A stretch of DNA of 64,000 nucleotides from an uncultured Bacteroidota bacterium (GTDB lineage Bacteria; Bacteroidota; Bacteroidia; Bacteroidales; GWA2-32-17). The translations under genes were made by a program, and so were the position numbers. The stretch is from NCBI GenBank assembly GCA_903837285.1, contig CAILUD010000145.1, forward strand, positions 2,697 to 66,696. The letters run 5' to 3'. This document shows positions 57,893-64,000 of the stretch, in pieces. The first letter of the stretch is position 1, and each line of letters begins with the position of its first letter. Under the pieces are notes generated by a model. That model did no database searches. It was not told the DNA's origin and saw nothing but the letters and a program-made list of their open reading frames with translations.

Positions 57893-59920
57893 ATGAGAAA
57901 TATTATTAATATTTTAAAAAACAAATCAGATATTGTATTTATAGTACTGCTACTATTACTTGGCTTTCATTACAATTATCAGGAAATTGTAGTTAAACCA
58001 CCACTTTCAGTTCACATGTGGAGGCAAGCTGATTGCGCCTCTATAGCATATAATTACTACCAGAATGACATGAATTTTTTCAAACCTGAGATGCACAACT
58101 TAATGTCAGATGATTTAACCACAGGTTGTAATATTGGTGAATGTCCGCTTATAAATTATTTTGTTGCTGTTTTATATAAAACTTTTGGTTTCAATGACTT
58201 TTGGTATAGATTAGTAATTCTAATCATATATTTTTCTTCGTTATTTGCACTTTTTAAAACTCTTAAATTAATTATTAAAAGCAAATTCTGGTCAATATGT
58301 TTAACACTACTATTCTTCGCCTCTCCTAACCTTGTATATTACGGAAATAATTTTATTTCAGATTCTCCCGCTTTTTCATTTTCATTAATCGGATGGTATT
58401 TCTTTTTTAAATTTTATTATCAGTCTAGAAAAAAATATTTTGTATATTCAATTATTTTCTTCACAATAGCTGCACTTCTTAAGGTAACAGCAGGAATGAG
58501 CGTAATAGCAATTATTGGTTTATATTTAATAGAACTTATAAACTGGACCAAATTTAAAGATGAAAAACGACTTTTTGAAAATAAATTATTTTTTATCTAC
58601 CCATTACTATTCTTCTTTGTAACTGTGATTTCATGGTATCTGTTTTCAATTAATTATAATGAACTACATAAAAATCCTAATTATTTTTTAACAAGTATTA
58701 AGCCTATATGGAGCATGACTCCTGAAGAAATACAAAATGTTATTGATAATGTTCTTAACATTTGGCATAAAATATATTTCGATCTTTCTGCTCTTATATT
58801 TTTATTAATTTGCTTTTTGTTAAATATTTTTTACATAAGAAAAGCAAATAAAATGCTCTCTATACTTTTATATTCAATTTTTATTGGTGTTTTTCTATTT
58901 ATAATATTATGGTTTTTTGTATTCCGCGATCATGATTACTATGCTATTAATTTATACATATTCCCAGTATTAATTGTTCTAACCTTTTTTGAACTTATAA
59001 GCAATCGCTTTAATTATCTTTTAGAATCAAGAATTATAAGATTCTTTTTTATTGTGTTTTTATTATTTAACATTAATTACACTAAAGGTATCATTAATGA
59101 AAGATATAAAGTTGTTCCAACTTGGTATACTTTTTTTAATGAAATGAAAACTGCAACACCATATTTTAAATTAATTGGTCTTAATAAAGAAGATAAAGTA
59201 ATTGTACCTAATGATGGTTCCCCAAATTTTATGCTTTATTTTCTTAATGTAAAAGGATGGTCTGGTTATAATAATTACACTTTTGATAATGCATCATTTA
59301 AGAGATATGTAGATAAAGGAGCAAAGTATTTTATTAATTTCGACAAAGAAGAAAAAGATACTTCAATAAATAATATTTATAAAAACAATAAAATTGGTTT
59401 GTTTGATGATATTTCAATTTATAGAGTTGACGGTAAAAAAACATATAAATATCCTATAGGGTATTCGGAAATTCTTAATAGTAATCTTGAAAATTTAGCT
59501 TTAGATAAAAATTATTTTATTACTAATCCAAATAATAATATAGTATTATCAGGTGTCAATTGTTATAATAATGAATTATATCATTCCGGAAAGCAGAGTA
59601 TAATGTTAGATGGAATAAACAACAATTATGGGCTTACTTATATGCTAAATGTTATTCCAAACACAACATACTATGCCAGTGCATGGTGTTACACAAAACA
59701 AGGTAAGGGTGCAATAGTTGTTAATGATACTACTGGAACTGTTTTCAGAAAAGAGAAAAAAAATCTTTTATTTAATTGTTGGGAATTATTAGAAATCTCT
59801 TTTACAATTCCTAGCAATTATCCTTTTGACAAAGTTGGGGTGTATATTTGGAATCCAAGCAACCAGAATGTTTATTTTGATGATTTTAGAATTATGAAAC
59901 TAACTTTTAACAAGAACTAA
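57893..59920 (+). CDS. Polytopic membrane protein, putative GT-C-fold glycosyltransferase with C-terminal CBM-like domain
   Basis: About a dozen hydrophobic segments in aa 1-400, then a soluble ~270 aa ending VGVYIWNPSNQNVYFDDFRIMKL. The GT-C assignment is inferred from topology and context only. Confidence 0.5.
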   Translation: MRNIINILKNKSDIVFIVLLLLLGFHYNYQEIVVKPPLSVHMWRQADCASIAYNYYQNDMNFFKPEMHNLMSDDLTTGCNIGECPLINYFVAVLYKTFGFNDFWYRLVILIIYFSSLFALFKTLKLIIKSKFWSICLTLLFFASPNLVYYGNNFISDSPAFSFSLIGWYFFFKFYYQSRKKYFVYSIIFFTIAALLKVTAGMSVIAIIGLYLIELINWTKFKDEKRLFENKLFFIYPLLFFFVTVISWYLFSINYNELHKNPNYFLTSIKPIWSMTPEEIQNVIDNVLNIWHKIYFDLSALIFLLICFLLNIFYIRKANKMLSILLYSIFIGVFLFIILWFFVFRDHDYYAINLYIFPVLIVLTFFELISNRFNYLLESRIIRFFFIVFLLFNINYTKGIINERYKVVPTWYTFFNEMKTATPYFKLIGLNKEDKVIVPNDGSPNFMLYFLNVKGWSGYNNYTFDNASFKRYVDKGAKYFINFDKEEKDTSINNIYKNNKIGLFDDISIYRVDGKKTYKYPIGYSEILNSNLENLALDKNYFITNPNNNIVLSGVNCYNNELYHSGKQSIMLDGINNNYGLTYMLNVIPNTTYYASAWCYTKQGKGAIVVNDTTGTVFRKEKKNLLFNCWELLEISFTIPSNYPFDKVGVYIWNPSNQNVYFDDFRIMKLTFNKN

Positions 59921-59973
59921 ACATTATCTATATTACCTAAATCATATTATTATAAAATAAAAAAAATAAAAAA

Positions 59974-62580
59974 ATGATCTCTAAACTTTCAATAGTAATT
60001 CCTGCTTACAATGAAGAAAAAACAATATCGATAATTTTAGATAAAGTAATATCGATAGAATTAACAAATAATATTTCTAAAGAAATAATTGTAGTAAATG
60101 ATTGTTCAAAAGATGGCACCAAAGAAGCTTTAGAAAAATATTGTAACGAACATAAAGAGTATGATATTAAAACTTTTCATCATGAGATAAACAAAGGTAA
60201 AGGTGCTGCTTTACACACAGGAATTAAACAGGCAACTGGTGATTATTTGATAATTCAGGATGCAGACAATGAATATGACCCTCGAGAATATAATGATTTA
60301 TTAAAACCAGTTATTGAAGGACATGCTGATGTTGTTTATGGCTCACGTTTTATGGGAGGGAACCCTCATAGAATACTATTCTTTTGGCATAGTATAGGCA
60401 ACAAAATGTTAACTACACTTTCAAATATGTTTACTAATCTGAATCTATCAGATATGGAAACATGTTATAAACTTTTTAGAACAGACATAATTCAATCAAT
60501 TGATTTAAAAGAAAAACGTTTTGGTTTTGAACCTGAAGTAACAGCTAAAATTGCTAAAATTCCAAACATCAGGATTTATGAAGTTGGAATTTCCTATTAC
60601 GGTAGAACCTATGAAGATGGTAAAAAAATTGGCTGGAAAGATGGATTCAGAGCTATATTTTCTATTTTAAAATATAATAAGGTTGATTTTATTTTACCAC
60701 TTCTCTTTTTGATTTTTTGTGTTTTCAGCATACTTACTATAAAATCCAAAGGATTCTATGGTGGTGCGGATAATATATGGCATTTTATGTATTGTAAATA
60801 TTCCATTTTATATCCACATTTACTTCTTGATCAATGGGCAAAACCTATATATACAACATTATTCACCTTACCAGCACAATTTGGTTTTATTGGCGTTAGA
60901 ATATTTAATGTTTTTTTAGCTATTGTTACTAGTTATTATTGTTATTTAATAGCTAAAAAATTAAACTACAAAAACACTTCACTTATTCCAATTTTCATTG
61001 TTTCTTCAGGAATATATACCGTAATCATGATGTCGGCAATGACCGAAATTCTATTCGGTCTGTCAATTGTTATGTCAATATATTTTATTTTAAAGGAAAA
61101 ATATTTTACAAGTGCCATTTTGTTGTCTTTTGTTCCCTTTATTAGAACAGAAGGTATAATAATAATACTAACTCTTCTTCCTTATTTTTTTATTAGAAAG
61201 AAATTTAAATCATTACCATTTCTTTTAGTCGGAACTATATTTTTAACAATAATAGGATGGATTTATTATAATGATTTTCTTTGGATTATTCATAAGTTCC
61301 CTTATGGTAGAAACGCAGTCGAAATATATGGAAAAGGATCTATTCTAATTTTCATAAAGAACTACGCTGTTATTTGGGGTGGCACAATGACATGGCTAAT
61401 TTTAATAGGTTTTTTAAGCTATTTCTTTAAATCTAGATCTGTCACCAATTTTAGCTCAAACAATATACTAAATGAGTTCTTTTTAATTATAGCACCATCT
61501 TTTGCTTTTTTTGCAGCTCATTCTGTTATGTGGTGGTCTGGCATTGGAAATTCTATTGGCGATCCAAGATATATGGCTGCCATAATTCCATTATCCGCAT
61601 TTATAGCTCTTAGGGGTTTTAATCTAATTTCTAGCTTTTTAAATTTTAATCAGACTATAAAGATTTTAGTCTTAATTAGTATTCTTTTCTTTATTGTTAT
61701 ATCTCCTTTTAAGAGAAAAGAGATTCCTACACCTAAGAATTTAATCGAAGGTGAAATTGAACAATTTTGCAATGGAATAAAAGAAAAGGATTACTTTAAA
61801 AAACATTTTTGGATTTTAAATCCTGAGTTCTCATACTATTTAAATAAAAATCCTTTTAATTCAGAAGAACTCTCTATTGTCTGGGCTAAGTATCAAATAT
61901 TTAATGAAATAAAAAATGATCAAATTTTAATTTGGGATGGTCATTTTGCAAATGATGTTGGCATTCCATTAGATACTTTACTTAATAGTTCTAGCTTTAA
62001 ATTAATAGATGTTTATTGGCCTAATTATACTATAGAAACCGGAAGATATACATATCACATATGTGTTTTTCAAAAAACATCAGAAAAATTTAACAATAAT
62101 GAATTTTACACACAAATACTATCAAATAAGTATAACAATTTACCTTTAGTACAGTCATTTGATTTTGAAAACTCACTAAACTATAAAAAAGAAGAATTAA
62201 ATGATTCCGTTTATTTAAATGGGAAATATTCATTTAAAATAACACCTGAAATTGACTACTTTAATGGCTATTCAAAAGTAATATCAGACACAACGAATAG
62301 CATTAGAGTATATTCTAAAGCGTCTTTCTTCTTTAAGAAATTTTCTAAAGACCCTATTTATTCTGTCATAAGTATTGAGGACAAAAATGGTAATTCTTTG
62401 TACTATAACGCAAAAATTACTTTAACCAACAATACTGACACATGCAAATGGTTAAAAATTGAGAATTTTGCTGATATTTCAAGAGATGTTTATAAAAACA
62501 TATATCAACTAAAGGTTTATATCTGGAATTATAGTAAAGCAGAATTCCTTATGGATGATTTTCAGATAAAATGCAATTAG
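59974..62580 (+). CDS. Fusion protein: GT2 (polyprenyl-phosphate sugar synthase type) + polytopic GT-C-like membrane domain + C-terminal CBM-like domain
   Basis: aa 1-235 carry [12 protein letters not shown]...[10 protein letters not shown]...[11 protein letters not shown]...GSRF. aa ~236-570 hold ~11 TM segments. The C-terminus ends [22 protein letters not shown]. Confidence 0.65.
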   Translation: MISKLSIVIPAYNEEKTISIILDKVISIELTNNISKEIIVVNDCSKDGTKEALEKYCNEHKEYDIKTFHHEINKGKGAALHTGIKQATGDYLIIQDADNEYDPREYNDLLKPVIEGHADVVYGSRFMGGNPHRILFFWHSIGNKMLTTLSNMFTNLNLSDMETCYKLFRTDIIQSIDLKEKRFGFEPEVTAKIAKIPNIRIYEVGISYYGRTYEDGKKIGWKDGFRAIFSILKYNKVDFILPLLFLIFCVFSILTIKSKGFYGGADNIWHFMYCKYSILYPHLLLDQWAKPIYTTLFTLPAQFGFIGVRIFNVFLAIVTSYYCYLIAKKLNYKNTSLIPIFIVSSGIYTVIMMSAMTEILFGLSIVMSIYFILKEKYFTSAILLSFVPFIRTEGIIIILTLLPYFFIRKKFKSLPFLLVGTIFLTIIGWIYYNDFLWIIHKFPYGRNAVEIYGKGSILIFIKNYAVIWGGTMTWLILIGFLSYFFKSRSVTNFSSNNILNEFFLIIAPSFAFFAAHSVMWWSGIGNSIGDPRYMAAIIPLSAFIALRGFNLISSFLNFNQTIKILVLISILFFIVISPFKRKEIPTPKNLIEGEIEQFCNGIKEKDYFKKHFWILNPEFSYYLNKNPFNSEELSIVWAKYQIFNEIKNDQILIWDGHFANDVGIPLDTLLNSSSFKLIDVYWPNYTIETGRYTYHICVFQKTSEKFNNNEFYTQILSNKYNNLPLVQSFDFENSLNYKKEELNDSVYLNGKYSFKITPEIDYFNGYSKVISDTTNSIRVYSKASFFFKKFSKDPIYSVISIEDKNGNSLYYNAKITLTNNTDTCKWLKIENFADISRDVYKNIYQLKVYIWNYSKAEFLMDDFQIKCN

Positions 62581-63986
62581 AATATCTCCAAATCATAAAT
62601 ATGCCCCACATAATCTTTTGCAGGAAATGGAATGTTATCTTGAGCAAAAGGAGCTTCGGGCCACCATTTGGTTATATGAAATTCCTGTGTGAATATCATT
62701 AGCATTTGATTATTTGGGATTGATGTTACGGTATTATTCATGTATCCAACTACTCTCATTTTATCTTTTGACGGACCTATTTTCCATATAATTTCAGTTG
62801 GTAACCAATCAATTTCAAAATAGTAGAAATCTGAATTAAAAAGATCTGCTTCTGGTTGAGGATTTTTTAAAGTAACTGCATTATACCAATGATCCCAACG
62901 ATGAAGATAAAAGGTTTGATTTTCGTAATCTATTGAATTTACACCTACTCCAAAATTCTTTGGTTCCCAACATGCCATATCCCAATTTGTACATGTTACC
63001 ATAATTTTGTCTTTCATTGTTGGGTCATCTTTTGGCCTATCATTTACATTATTGTATGATGTTGCGGGCCATCTATGAGAAGCTTTTAATATCTCGAAAT
63101 CAATTTCCGAGTATGAAATTGCAGGAACCCTTTTATCTTTTTTCCCACTATAATAAGTTGGTTGAAATCCTTCACCGGCGCAAATTCTTCGTTGATTCCA
63201 TTCTTCATTACTTTCATAAATTAACCAGATGGCATCTGTTATTCCATTCCATACATACTTTTCATTTAACAATCTTGTCAATTTTACTTTTGCTCTGTAT
63301 TTTCCATAAGTAAATCCATGTCTTGTAATAACTCCAACACTTTCCTTTTTATACTCACCAGGCTTACTTGCTGGATTTTTGATAGTAATTGCATGTGAGA
63401 TAGAATCTGAGTTTACTGTTTCGCATGGGCATTTAGTAATACTTACAGGGGTTGTAACTCTTTTGTTATAATACATTTTTACACTATCGGAATAATCTTT
63501 TATTGAATATTTTTCGCTAAAAATATCAGTAGTTACCGGTAAATTATTTAATAAAACATCTTCTTTTAATGAATGTACATATTGCGCAAAAGCAGCATTT
63601 TTATACATTCTATAATTTAAGTTACAATTTGAATTAAAAAATGTCGTATCAAAATTTTTATCTTTAAATGAATTGGTATTTACATAAATTCCTTTTCCAA
63701 GATCGGGATGAGCAACTAATTTTATAACGCTAGGCTTCTCAGAGATAACAACATTAGCCTGGCTTTCAGCTAAATTTTTTAATGAAATATATGGATTTAC
63801 AAACAAATTGTTATTTTTTAAATTAATATTTTGAATATAATTTGGGATTATATTATTTTTAATATTTTCTGTTGTTGTAACAGCTAGTAACATACTATAC
63901 AATCCAACTCTTGGATTTCTCTTCCACCTGTTATTAAATTTTTTATCAGTCTGAGGTTCGCTTTCAAGTATATAAATTGCATCCAT
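62577..63986 (-). CDS. GH16-like (beta-glucanase fold) protein; start uncertain
   Basis: DAIWLIYE followed by [10 protein letters not shown] (ExDxE catalytic-type motif). There is no stop between ATG 63986 and the window end, so the gene may start outside the window. Confidence 0.5.
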   Translation of the reverse strand: MDAIYILESEPQTDKKFNNRWKRNPRVGLYSMLLAVTTTENIKNNIIPNYIQNINLKNNNLFVNPYISLKNLAESQANVVISEKPSVIKLVAHPDLGKGIYVNTNSFKDKNFDTTFFNSNCNLNYRMYKNAAFAQYVHSLKEDVLLNNLPVTTDIFSEKYSIKDYSDSVKMYYNKRVTTPVSITKCPCETVNSDSISHAITIKNPASKPGEYKKESVGVITRHGFTYGKYRAKVKLTRLLNEKYVWNGITDAIWLIYESNEEWNQRRICAGEGFQPTYYSGKKDKRVPAISYSEIDFEILKASHRWPATSYNNVNDRPKDDPTMKDKIMVTCTNWDMACWEPKNFGVGVNSIDYENQTFYLHRWDHWYNAVTLKNPQPEADLFNSDFYYFEIDWLPTEIIWKIGPSKDKMRVVGYMNNTVTSIPNNQMLMIFTQEFHITKWWPEAPFAQDNIPFPAKDYVGHIYDLEIF

Positions 63987-64000
63987 CTCTAATTGTCTCT

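Noticed and set aside
1-64000. Searched by eye for defence or mobile systems (restriction-modification, Cas, toxin-antitoxin pairs, retron/reverse transcriptase, transposase, phage genes)
   Set aside because: I recognised none. The only hint is the YwqK-like MORN protein, which has no adjacent toxin gene.

Overview
Visibly AT-rich Bacteroidota chromosome segment. The diagnostics are SprA, PorP/SprF, type A and type B T9SS C-terminal sorting domains, and TAnnTTTG-type -7 boxes. I call about 51 real CDSs, one tRNA-Leu(CAA) and one decayed four-helix-bundle (23S-IVS-type) gene. I saw no rRNA, CRISPR array, integrase/transposase or recognisable defence system. Gene order, left to right: a 5'-truncated SprB-repeat adhesin with its PorP/SprF partner; small housekeeping genes; a methyltransferase/GT2 pair; efp-lpxD-GAF/PP2C; an acyl-CoA dehydrogenase; sufBCD; ruvA-sprA (2493-aa T9SS translocon), convergent with sufBCD; pdxA; valS; DUF1573; an aminotransferase. 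Next comes a complete minus-strand phosphate locus (OmpR/PhoB-type regulator, porin, pstSCAB-phoU, PiT), then tRNA-Leu. After that is a block of nine minus-strand secreted/lipoprotein genes headed by a CsgG-like / small lipoprotein / DUF4810 / DUF799 operon. The window ends with GH97, dCMP deaminase, an S41 protease, a T9SS type A cargo, and a glycosylation locus next to a GH16-like protein. That locus has two GT2 and two GT-C-like membrane proteins, one of them a GT2 + polytopic + CBM-like triple fusion. Four things most deserve a second look. (1) All four phosphate transcription units share one promoter architecture with exactly 11-nt-phased TTAAYA hexamers. (2) The translationally coupled four-lipoprotein CsgG-like operon and the orphan secreted proteins behind it. 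(3) The duplicated polyprenyl-phosphate-type GT2/GT-C module. (4) A modular family of GC-rich palindromic repeats that fills nearly every long intergenic gap. All functional calls come from motif recognition by eye on the supplied translations. No database search, HMM or folding program was run.
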